Below the pieces are notes generated by a model, which was not told where the DNA came from, searched no databases, and saw only the letters and a list, made by a program, of their open reading frames with translations. The translations under genes were made by a program, and so were the position numbers. Positions 23,004-33,090 of a stretch of DNA of 33,090 bases are shown here, piece by piece (the first letter of the stretch is position 1; every line of letters begins with the position of its first letter). The DNA comes from Thraustochytrium aureum (taxonomy: Eukaryota): positions 174,625 to 207,714 of the forward strand of contig BLSG01000377.1 of NCBI GenBank assembly GCA_012862495.1. Direction: 5' to 3'.

Positions 23004-24687
23004 ATGGTTGCGCCGACACACGGCTCGCCGGAGACGACGTCTGGGACGACAGGCTGCGAAACCAACACTGACGCTCGGGTCGGCGGCGAGGAGGACCGGG
23101 ATGCGACGGCGAGGCTGCTGGGGGATGGACGCGGCGGCAGCGGCGGCGGGGCGGCAGGAACGCCGAGGTTTAATTTGAAACTGCTGGACCGCGCGCTGGA
23201 GGACGTGGGCGTCGGCAGGTATCAGAACGTTGTGCTTGCCCTGGCCACGTTTAGCATCTTTTTTGACGTGGCCGAAATGGCGCTGACCGGCCTGCTCTAT
23301 GTCGAGTTCGAGCGCGAGTGGCACGTCGGCACGGACAAGCTCGCGATTATTGGCTCGGCAAGCGCCGCGGGGCTCATGCTTGGCTCCATTGCGTGCGGCT
23401 GGATAAGCGACAAGTATGGGCGAACGCGGGCGTTTGGGGCCCACCCTGGTGGTCTGCACGGTGTTCGGCGTGCTCTCCTCGTTCGCCAACTCTGTCGCAA
23501 GCTTTGCAGCATGCCGGTTCGCCGTCGGGATCGCGGCCGGCGGCAACGTCGTGCTGTGCAACAGCTTGCTGCTCGAGTCTGTCCCCAACTCGCGCAGAGG
23601 CAGCTATGTGCTCTTCACAGGCATCTCGTTCGGCCTTGCGCATCTCTTCATGGTGACCCTGGCCTGGATACTGTTTCCCACCCTCGGCTGGCGGTGGGTT
23701 ACCCGCATCACTGCCGTCCTTTTCTTGCCGGTCCTCGGCCTCTTCCAGTTCGTCGTCGAGTCGCCGCGCTTCTTCGTGTTTGAGGGCCGCAACCGTGAGG
23801 CGGAGCAAGCGCTGAGGAAAATTGCCGCAGTGAACGGCCAACCTTGCCCCGACTACTTTTGCGAAGAAGTGCTCCGAGCGTCGTTCGTCGGCGGCGCCAC
23901 GGCCCCAAGCAAACGCCTTTGCAGCGACCCTGTGCGCGCGCTTGGCGGGATTCCAAGGCTCGCCCGCTCCAGGAACATCCAAGTCCTCGTCCCGCTGATG
24001 ACGGTTTGGTTCCTTCAGGCTTTTGCAAGCGGGATCTTCCAGTTCCTTCCGTTGGAGCTCAAGCGTGTGATGGAGGGCAAGCATGTGCAGTATGTCACCT
24101 CGGTCGTCATGGCCAGCGCTGGGCTACTTGGCACGCTCCTCAACCTGAGCCTCATCCAGCGCTTTTCGCGAAGGTACACTCTGCGGCTCTCGACCGTCCT
24201 GAGTGCGGGGGCAACCGCGTCCTTGATGCTGGGCAATGGCACCGCTCTGCTTTTCGTGTCGGTTTTCTTCATGCACGTCACCTCGTGCATCACCTCAAGC
24301 ACGCTCTTTTTGTACACGCCCGAGATCTTTCCGACAAAGGTGCGCGGCACAATGATGGGCCTTTGTCTGGTCGCGTTTCGCCTGGCCAATATCGCCTCGC
24401 CGTTCCTCGTCGCGGCGATGGCCACTGTTTCGCTCAAGTGGTCTAGCATCGTGTTTAGCTGCTTGTACTTGAGCGCGGCTCTCGCCTCGTGGGGCCTGAC
24501 CGAGGAGGCGGTCGAAGGCGAGCTGTTCGAAGGCGAGGCAGCACCCGGAGCCGCAGAGTCTTCGGGGGCCTTTCCCGGCCTAGAGGGCGGCCCTGCGGCT
24601 CTTGCCGGCACAAAGCCGCCGGTCGGGCCCGTAGAGAGCAGACCGCACCAGCCGCCACTGTGCACGCCAGGCGGGCTGGAGGTGTAG
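23004..24687 (+). CDS. MFS transporter, SV2/SVOP-like (frameshift at ~23436-23442)
   Basis: LDRALEDVGVGRYQ, FFDVAEM, MFS motif A GWISDKYGR, ESVPNSRRG, GWRW, ESPRF, LYTPEIFPTKVRG and about 12 hydrophobic helices. One extra base in GGGGCCC splits ORFs 22578 and 23416. Confidence 0.9.
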
Positions 24688-24867
24688 CAACCGAACGGGG
24701 CAGTACCCTCGCCACGGAGGACTTGCAATTGGCAGCGCGGTAACGCAAGGAAAACGGCGACCGCGTCGGATGTTTTTAAATAGATAATAGTTCACGAGTA
24801 ACAACAGCATTAGCACCCTGGGGGGGGAGGGGGCGGGGCGAACTCGTTGCGCCTGCCACATGTTGCT

Positions 24868-26254
24868 CTAGCCAGCCATTGCCCTGAGCGCGGACATGGA
24901 CGCCCGGCGCCCCCCAGCACCGCGCGTGTTCGCCGCTTCCCGAGCCTCGCGGCGAACCCGCTGCTGGTGACGCTTGCAGTCTGCGTTCGGGCACCGCTCG
25001 AACGGCCCCACCTTGAAGGCCTGAAACTCTTTGCTGGGAACCAAAACGTGCTCGTCAAACTCCTCCCCGGTCATGGTCGCGAAAGAGGCTGCTCTGCGAT
25101 TGCTGGAAAGCCGTGCAAGGTCGGATTCGCGCACACCATCCGCTCCGCTCCGAAACTTGAAGCTGGGCAGAACGACGCCAAACCCGAGGAGGAACTTGAT
25201 CGTGTTCTGCGCTGCGATACCGCCCAGAGCGAGTGCGACGCCAGGCAGGTCAGACTTGCCAGGCAACAGAAAACCCGAGTCTTTGCCCTCGTCCTGCTGT
25301 TTTCGCTTCAGCGTTGGCGCGCTCTGGCTCGCCTCGTCTTTGGCGACGAGGCATTCGAGGCAAGCCGTCGTGCCAGGGACGACTAGGTTGATCGCCGCGA
25401 ACGACGCGTCGCGCTCGAGCCTGACGCACAGAAGTGGCACGCCGAGGTCCAAGCAAATACTATTGACTGCGTCCTGGTACCCTGACGAGTCGAGGCAGCT
25501 CACAACCATATCAACCTTGGCCTGAGCAGTCCCGCTCTGCGTTGGCTTGGCCCCAGCTTGTCGAGTGCTGCCGTCTTGCGGTGACGCTGCGCTCGCCTCC
25601 GCACCTGCTGGCGCACTCGACTTTCGCTCTGGCCCAAATCGCGCGAGGGCATCTTTGAGCAAGCGAATTCCTTCAAACCCGGACAGGTCGAGGTTCTCCG
25701 AGTAGACCTGGCATCCTGGGTCGACCTCGAAGACTGCCATCCGAAGGGCTTGGGGCTTGCTGTAACCAACCGACCTCTGCGTGTACGCAGAGCCCTCGAC
25801 GTGGCGCTCCTCAACGAGGCCATTATCAACAATAAGCAAGCCCCCAACGCCGCTCTTTGCAAGGAGCATCGTGACGTGCGACCCAATGCGTCCAAGCCCG
25901 ACAACGGCCACCGTGAGTCCCCTGACGCGCTCCACGTAGTTCCCTACTTTTTCCTCCACCAGTTCAAGCCTACTGGGGCGCCGGAGCTGTTCTTTTGCCG
26001 CCTCGTCCACGGGGCGGCTACAGCTTCTAGCCCACTCGCTTCTCGGTAGCTCCGTCTGCTCTTCTGCGTGGCGCCCACCGCCGGCTTGCAGTTTCGGCTT
26101 GAGGATGTTTAGCTGCTGCCTCAGCCTCGACACGTACCTCAGCAAGTCCTCGCCAGACAGCGCGAGCGGCAGCGCTCCCATCGCCGGCTACTGCGCCCTC
26201 TACCTGCTGCTCCGCAGCCTTGCGCTGCAGGTCTGCGTCCTCGCTCGAGGTCAT
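24868..26254 (-). CDS. Divergent UBA5-like (ThiF/E1 family) protein lacking the catalytic Cys; probable pseudo-enzyme paralog
   Basis: UBA5-like blocks NYVERVRGLTVAVVGLGRIGS, VDMVVSCLDS, PGTTACLEC, TLKR, QNTIKFLLGFG and CPNADCKRHQ. Start at 26181, or at 26254 if one extra G lies at GATGGGAG. Confidence 0.8.
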
Positions 26255-26701
26255 CTATTGACGGGCTGGGCAGTATGTGTCGCGTTTTGTTGATGTCGAG
26301 GAAGATGCTGCTCCTTGCTTGTGAAGACGATGGTGATCAACAGCGACGGCCCCTCCCCTCCCCGTCTCGCGCAACCGGCAGCGCCTTTGCCGATGCCTTT
26401 GCTGCTGTTGCAGTCGAGGTCGCCGCTGCGCGAACGGGCTCTACGGGCTCTGAACAAAAAGGGCCGTTAGACCCGTTGAGATGTGGCGTCCGAAGAGGGC
26501 ACGGACGATCGATCGAAGGCTAGATGCATGCACACATGCATGGACGCAGAGCCACTGCCACTCGTCCGACACGAGGTGACTAGCAGCGTCACCGACTGAG
26601 CCGCGCTGCGCTTTGCTGATCGGTGCGCTGGGAACCGACAGCGAGCTGCTGCAGTCCGGAGCCACGGCCGTGGGTCTCGCGGTGTTTCTCCCAGTTCAGC
26701 C

Positions 26702-27526
26702 ATGCAGCATGAACCGTTTAACCAGCAACTCCAGCGCGAGTCTGCCTCGCTGCAGAATGCTGCGCTAAACCCGATGCGCACAATGAGCAGAGAGGAGGAG
26801 CTCTGGGCGCGGCTTCAATTCCAGGAACAGCAGACCCACCAAGTTGAGAGGGCGCTCCAGGTCACGGAACGGCGATTGCAGCACGAGACCATGGAACACG
26901 AAGGGACGCGTGCCAAGCTCGCCCGACTCGAGAGCGCGTGCCGGCGCCTCGACCTGCTCCGTAAAGTTGAGCAAGAGGCTGACAGTTTTGAACGCACGAG
27001 TGCTGCTCGGCTCGGCGAGCCGCATCATATTGCGGCTCGAGACAAACGCGACATCCGCGTACACGGCGGTAGCGGGGCGCTTAATCGCTTTGCTTTCGGT
27101 TCGGACCAACTGCAAGAGCTGATTGACCAGCACTCCGACCCATCCTCGCAGCACCGCCATGGGCGAAGATCCTCGCTTGCTGAGGAGGCGCGGAGCAATC
27201 AGGCGGAGCAGCAAGCCGAGCTGCTGACGCAAAAGGAGCACTGGCGGCGCATGTCCAGCTCGCAAAAGCCCAACCAGGAAGAAGGGACGTTTGACATTTT
27301 CGGCAACAAAGTCACAGCGCGCGCCGCTCCGGCGCAGCAGTCGGCGCCGGAGACCAACGACATCTTCTCGGGCATGGGCGAGCGCCGCGTCCCCGAGCGC
27401 GGTGAGAGCGACCTTAATGCTGAGCAGCACTTTGCGAACACGAAGCTGTGGCGCACGCAGCAGCCTGTGTCGCGACCGACGGGGCCGCCTGCAACCAGCT
27501 ACGGCGCGCCGTCCTACTCTGGCTAG
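26702..27526 (+). CDS. Hypothetical 274-aa coiled-coil, Q/E-rich protein
   Basis: ATG-initiated intact ORF with heptad-rich N-half (EELWARLQFQEQQTHQVERALQVTERRLQHE...AKLARLE). It fills the space between the UBA5-like gene and WDR3. Confidence 0.7.
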   Translation: MQHEPFNQQLQRESASLQNAALNPMRTMSREEELWARLQFQEQQTHQVERALQVTERRLQHETMEHEGTRAKLARLESACRRLDLLRKVEQEADSFERTSAARLGEPHHIAARDKRDIRVHGGSGALNRFAFGSDQLQELIDQHSDPSSQHRHGRRSSLAEEARSNQAEQQAELLTQKEHWRRMSSSQKPNQEEGTFDIFGNKVTARAAPAQQSAPETNDIFSGMGERRVPERGESDLNAEQHFANTKLWRTQQPVSRPTGPPATSYGAPSYSG

Positions 27527-27716
27527 CTGGCGGGCACGGGCGCTCTGAGGGGCCGCGTTTTTTTTGGCGCGACGCGCAGGCTAGGGCTTGCTGGCAAAAC
27601 AGAAGCAGCGGAGGACAGCGGGGAGAGAGAATGAAAACAATCAATGCAGTAACAACGCCCCTCCTGCCAGGCAGGAATGGGCCCAATAGATTCCATGCTA
27701 CCGCTGAGCGCGCACG

Positions 27717-30700
27717 CTACAAAAGCGCGGCAGAGGTGCCCAGCACCTGGGCCTTGAGCGCGCGCACAGCCGCCATGTTGGTCCCAACTTGATCTTGAAG
27801 ATCGAAAAGGCCAGCGCGCATCGAGACACGCAAGCGATGGAGCGTCGGCTTGAGCGAGTGCGTGGCAACGATCTGCTTGAAATGCGCCCGCAAGAGCGCA
27901 ATAGCCACCTTGGCAGAAAGCTCGACATCGAGTCGCGAAGCCCCCGAGCGCGGCTGGAATGCGGCGTCGAGGTAGTGAAACAGACGAGTTGCGTGGCCAA
28001 ACGGGAGCAACAGCAGCGTCTCGTCCAGCTCGTTCGACTTGACGCCGCGAAGCGCGTACAAGACGTGCTGCAGAGGCGTCCGGCCCATCATGAGGATGTT
28101 GGGCTTGGGTGGGTTTACGAGAGGCTTGCCTGCCTTTTCGAGGCGCGCAAGCTCTTCCGCGGGGGTGTTGATTTGAGCGTAGGCGAGATCCTCGGCGTAC
28201 TGCTCTTGTGCAAGGCGCGCCTCTTCAGCGACGTCGATGGCCTCCATGAGCCGCTCGCCGATGCGGAGCGTCTCCGCCGTGCGCTTGCTGGCTGCGCCAG
28301 ACTCGACAAGCTCCCCCTGCGGCGCCCCCTCTTTCACGGCGGCGACCGCCTGCGTGCCGGTCTTGCTCGGGTCCGTGGCCTCTACGAGCTTGGCGTCAAA
28401 ACGCTTTTCTAACTCCTTGTCGCGCTCCTCGTCGATGAACACAATGTCCGTGGTGCGTTCCCAGACCCTGAGCGCCTTGTCGTGGCCGCTCGAAACGACA
28501 AAGTTGCCTGTCGAGGCAACGGCAAGCCCCCAGACCTCGGCGACGTGCCGCTCCAGGGACAGAATCATCTCGAACTTGTCCGCGTCCCAGTACCGGACGC
28601 GGTTGTCCTTTCCTGCCGTGAAAAAGTAGTGCGTGCGCGGAACGAAGCGGACGCACATGACTGCGGCGTCGTGCGCGAAAAACGACTTGTGGCAGTCGCC
28701 GAAATCGAGCCCCCACAGCTTGACGTTTTTGTCGGCAGAGGCGGTCGCGATCAGCGAGTTGTCCGAGGAAATGTCCATCGAGAGCACTGGGAGCTTGTGG
28801 CCGTACAGCGAGAGGCAAAACTTGAGCGAGTCCTCGAAGAAGACCTTGACCGTGGAGTCTAGAAGCGAGACTGCCAGCAAGAGTCTCGCAGAGCTCCGGT
28901 GGTGGCTGTACTTGACGCACATCACGTCCTCGCTCATCTTGAGCGTGCGGACGTGCACTAGCTCAAGCTTGCCCGCGGGTGCGTGCGCGCCAGACCCCTC
29001 GGTGTCGGCCTTGGGCCGCTTGCCGTCGCGCCCGTCGTCCGCGGGGCTAGGCAGGGATGTGGAGGACGACGCGGAAGAGGACGAAGCGCCAGACTTGGCC
29101 GACTTGTTGTCGTCTTCGCTGCCAGAATCGCTGTCGCTGTCAGCGTCAGAAGCGCCGCCGCTCGTTTGCGCTGCCTCTCGGCCCTCCTCTTCGGCGAGCT
29201 CAAACTCCCAAAACTTGACCTGCTTGTCCGCCGACCCTGTGGCAAACCCCTTGCCGTCCGGCCGCACGTCGATCGTCCAAATTGCGTCGTCGTGTGCGGC
29301 TACTTCGTGCACGACTTCTCCGCTCGACAAGTTGAACAGGAGCAGGTGGCCGGACTTTGTGCCCACAAGAGCGTGCATGTCGCCCGGCACAAAGGCGCAG
29401 CAGAGCGAGTATCCGCTGGGGAACGTTCGAATGCAGCTCCGGGTATTGACGTTCCAAAGCTTGGCGGCCCCGCTCGCGGCGGTCAGGACGAGCGTGTCGT
29501 CGCTGCTAAGCGCGATAGCCCGCACGTCGTTGCGGTGGCCCTGCAGCTCGATGGCGCGGCTCCGCTTGAGCTGCACGTCGCGCTTGCGTTTTTTCGCGTC
29601 ACCAGCGTCGTCGCCGGCGTCGTCCGCCTCCGAAGCGACCTCTGCGAGGAGCAGGCTGTACACCTCGATCGAGTTGCTGTTGAAGGAAACTACAAGCTCC
29701 ACCTTGTCGCCGCTGATGCGGCCGAACGCGAACGACCGCATGCGGTGGTCGGTGCGCATCGCAGCGACGAGCTGGATCTCATCGCCCACCTGCGCCTCCT
29801 CGCTGCCCGCAGGCCCTGCCGATGTCTTCGTCGTCGCCGCCCCCGGTGCCCTTCTTGCGCAGCTTCTCGCGAGCTCGCTTCAGGCGCCGCTTCACCTTGC
29901 GGCTCACCTCGTCGGCAGTGCGCACGCGGTAGACTTCGAGCGTCTTCCCAGCTGTCTGGCACGCCAAGAACCGCCCGTCGCTCGAGTATTGAACCATGAT
30001 GGCGCGCTCCGCGGACTGGCGCGCGACGGGGCCGCTCAAGAGGCGGAATGGCGCCCCGAGCTCCTCGGCGGCCCCAGCCACGCCAACCTGCACAGCAGAG
30101 TTTCCCGCAGATTTATCAACCGCGGCGCGTTCGGAGGCGCGCTCTGCCTCGCTCACGGCTGCCATGGCCCGCAAGAGGCTGTCCGAGGACGCGGTGAAAA
30201 TGCGTTGGCCGTCTGGCGCCACAGCCAGGCTCCATACCGGGCTGCGGTGCCCGACAAAGGTGTGGGCGCAGTGCTGCGTCTCGAGGTCCCAGAGCTTGAC
30301 GAGGGTGTCCTTGGAGCAGGAGATGAGCTTTGGTGATGTCTGCCCCGGCGTGCTGCTCCCCGCAGTTTCGATAAACCAGCAGTCGGTTACCTCTTGCTTG
30401 TGTCCCCGGAGCCGAAACAGGCCGGTTTGAGCGACAACGTCCCACACGATCAGGTCCGTGTCCCTCGACCCGGAGGCGAGCCGCGCGTTGTCCGCGCTGA
30501 ACCGCAAGCAGGTCACGGCCCCCCTGTGCCCGTTCAGGCTCACGACAAACTTTCGCCGTTGAAAGTCCCACACACGGATCGTGCCACACGCAAACCCTGC
30601 GGCAAGGTACCTGTCTCCCGGGCTCAGCCGCACCGCCGTGACCTCGCGCAGCGTCGCGTCGGGGTCTCCGCCGGTCGCGTCGGTCGCCTTGAACCTGTGT

Positions 30701-30858
30701 TCAAGCTCTCCCGACTTGAGATTCCACAGCAGCACGTCCTGCACGCCAGACGCCACAGCCCTCAGCCCGCCTTGATCCACGTCCACATTGCTCTCGTGCG
30801 CGGCCACCACGCCGAACGCGCCCGCGTCCTCGTACCGCAAGTACGTCTTGCTCGTCAT
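27717..30858 (-). CDS. WDR3: WD repeat-containing protein 3 / U3 snoRNA-associated protein Utp12 (Dip2), frameshift at ~29820-29855
   Basis: MTSKTYLRY start; GLFRLRGHKQEVT, LQGHRNDVR, SLYGHKLPVLSMDISSD and WGLDFGDCHKSFFAH; C-terminal Utp12 domain LDETLLLLPF...VGTNMAAVRAL. Confidence 0.95.
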
Positions 30859-30989
30859 TTGCCTCAGCGAACCAGGGCAACCTCGACAGCCAGCGAGCGC
30901 TACAACCACGGCCGCCGCGAGCCCGAGCGCGTGAGCACAAAGCGCGGTCGAGCGCAGTCGAGCGCGGAAGGACCTCAACGGCTGCGGGT

Positions 30990-31611
30990 NNNNNNNNNNN
31001 NNNNNNNNNNNNNNNNNNNNNNNNNNNNNNNNNNNNNNNNNNNNNNNNNNNNNNNNNNNNNNNNNNNNNNNNNNNNNNNNNNNNNNNNNNNNNNNNNNNN
31101 NNNNNNNNNNNNNNNNNNNNNNNNNNNNNNNNNNNNNNNNNNNNNNNNNNNNNNNNNNNNNNNNNNNNNNNNNNNNNNNNNNNNNNNNNNNNNNNNNNNN
31201 NNNNNNNNNNNNNNNNNNNNNNNNNNNNNNNNNNNNNNNNNNNNNNNNNNNNNNNNNNNNNNNNNNNNNNNNNNNNNNNNNNNNNNNNNNNNNNNNNNNN
31301 NNNNNNNNNNNNNNNNNNNNNNNNNNNNNNNNNNNNNNNNNNNNNNNNNNNNNNNNNNNNNNNNNNNNNNNNNNNNNNNNNNNNNNNNNNNNNNNNNNNN
31401 NNNNNNNNNNNNNNNNNNNNNNNNNNNNNNNNNNNNNNNNNNNNNNNNNNNNNNNNNNNNNNNNNNNNNNNNNNNNNNNNNNNNNNNNNNNNNNNNNNNN
31501 NNNNNNNNNNNNNNNNNNNNNNNNNNNNNNNNNNNNNNNNNNNNNNNNNNNNNNNNNNNNNNNNNNNNNNNNNNNNNNNNNNNNNNNNNNNNNNNNNNNN
31601 NNNNNNNNNNN
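30990..31611. other. Assembly gap (N run)
   Basis: Run of n; probably hides the start of the TIR gene. Confidence 0.99.
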
Positions 31612-33090
31612 GGGCGCTGGCGAGCTTGGCGGTGGGGTTCTCGAGCGTGGTCGTGGGGCGGAGGGTCCGTCGTGCGCTGCGACCTCGTGGCGGTCCCCAA
31701 GGCGGAGGCGGGCTCGTCGTTGCACGCGGTCAAGCTCGAGCTCGGCGAGCGTGTCGTCGCCGAGCTTGAGTTTCCTGGCGGCGTTCAAGTTGTGGGGGGC
31801 GAGGGTGGTTCCGCGCGCTCGGACACCTTTGTTTGGACCGGGACAAAGGTGAACGCCGCGCTTCTTGCTGAGCTGCTTCCTACCGTGCATCGCGCGAGCG
31901 CCGCGGCAGGGAGCGACCCGGCCTGGCCCGGCGCGTTCCGCGTCCGCCTTCGCGATCCGCGAGGGGAAACATTCGCGCTTGTTCACGTCGGCGAGCCCGG
32001 CGAACTGGATGGGCCGTGCTGCGTCGCGGCGGGTAGCGGCGGCGACGGCGACGGCGGTGGCGGTGGATCGAGCGGCGTAGCTGCTTTGGAGGCTTCCAAG
32101 GATCGCGATCGCGACGAGGAGACCGCCAGACTCGGCAGGGTCGAGGTTCTCCTTCCGGCAGACCATGCCGGGCCGAAGCTCCAACCGCCTGCCTCTCCGG
32201 CTCGTAGCGGCGAAAAAACCGCTCCTTGCAACGAGCGACGAGGTGGCCGCCGCGTCGAAGCTCCAACCGCCTGCCTGTGCTCCCCTTGCAGCGAGCGACG
32301 ACAGACCCGCTGACAACATTGAGGGCCCGCAAGCTCTCGCAGGCGCGCCACTCGCGTCGTCGCCACCTGCAACGCAGGCCAGGATTGTACCCTCGGCTCG
32401 CGAAAAGGATTTGTTGCGTCAAAACGTAGAACGCAACTCGGACACTTCAAAACTGGGCCAGTCCGAAAACAACACAGCTGGCGTCACAGAACCTGCTGAA
32501 GGGTCGCCAAAGATTGCCGCGATTCTGTCTCCACTTGTCCGCGCTGTTGAGACGGAGTGCGCGCCGGCCCCTGAACCTGTGCACTTTTCAGCGTTTGCGC
32601 CAATGGCGCAAATCGGCACCGAGTTCATCGTGACGGCCTGGGTGCACCGACAGAGCGAGCTGGGCGCAGTGATTGAGGCGGAGCGAGCTGAAGGGCGCGA
32701 GAAGAAGCACGCCAAGCTCGGTCTCGTTATCCCGCCCAGCGCCAAGCTCGAAGTGCGAGTCGATGGGCACTCAACCCATCTCGAGCCTCTTGTCGACGCT
32801 GACTCGATCGCGCACTGGGACGACCGCCGCGCCAACACGAGCTTCCTTATTTCCTGCAAAGAAGAGGCCCGTGCGGGGCGGCCGTGCTTCCTTCGGTTGC
32901 GGCTCTTTGTAGACGGCGAGGATTTCGGGCAGCTGCCGGTGCTCGTCAATGTTGAGGGAGCCCCGGCTGAAGCCGAGCCCCGGGCCGTGTGGGTCTACCC
33001 GAGGCAGCGGCCGCACATCTTCATAAGCTACAGGCGGACGCACGCAGACCTCGCGGATCGCGTGCGCCTGTACTTGGAGAGCCAGTATGG
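31612..33090 (+). CDS. TIR-domain protein with two upstream Ig-like (TCAD7-like) modules; 5' and 3' partial, frameshift at ~32195-32218
   Basis: The frame with codons starting at 32222 is open to the window end: ...PVHFSAFAPMAQIGTEFIVTAWVH...AKLEVRV...HWDDRRANTSFLI...RLFVDGEDFGQLPV...RPHIFISYRRTHADLADRVRLYLESQY. IFISYRR is the TIR betaA motif. The upstream frame has a related module LELGERVVAELEFPGG...FVWTGTKVNAAL. Confidence 0.75.

Noticed and set aside
28633..30336. Long antisense ORFs such as 28633..30336+, 10740..12047+, 6673..7884- and 18714..19883-
   Set aside because: Shadow or off-frame ORFs of real genes in GC-rich DNA, with no recognisable motifs.
27717..30858. WDR3 and other frameshifted genes as pseudogenes
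   Set aside because: Each has a single indel with otherwise intact conserved motifs, and WDR3 is essential. Assembly error is more parsimonious.
29779..32319. 846-aa ORF suggesting a long N-terminal extension of WDR3
   Set aside because: Artefact of reading through the N gap. The conserved start is MTSKTYLRY at 30858, and the region past the gap codes on the + strand.

Overview
GC-rich, gene-dense, intron-poor eukaryotic DNA. It carries WDR3/UTP12, a UBA5-like gene and one clear GT-AG intron. The gene repertoire suggests a stramenopile, possibly a labyrinthulomycete/thraustochytrid (inference only). The assembly has five N-gaps, and about nine genes contain apparent single frameshifts, mostly at short homopolymers, so most ORF-track entries are fragments or shadows. 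Rebuilt genes in order: (1) a membrane-anchored His-brace LPMO-like protein with CBM1; (2) a membrane-anchored esterase-like phytase-family propeller; (3) an uncharacterised protein with a Cys/His-rich 'RNNKRxGxKNLRCFPxC' N-terminal domain; (4) a partial dual-specificity phosphatase; (5) an MpaB/Lcp-type heme oxygenase; (6) a giant (~2400 aa) type I surface protein with two FG-GAP propellers, a discoidin-like domain and a helical region resembling a pore-forming toxin; (7) an SVOP-like MFS transporter; (8) a UBA5 paralog that appears catalytically dead; (9) a coiled-coil hypothetical protein; (10) WDR3/UTP12; (11) at the window edge, and missed by the ORF track, a protein with two Ig-like modules followed by a TIR domain in a bacterial-style arrangement. 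All family assignments come from motif recognition by eye; no searches were run.
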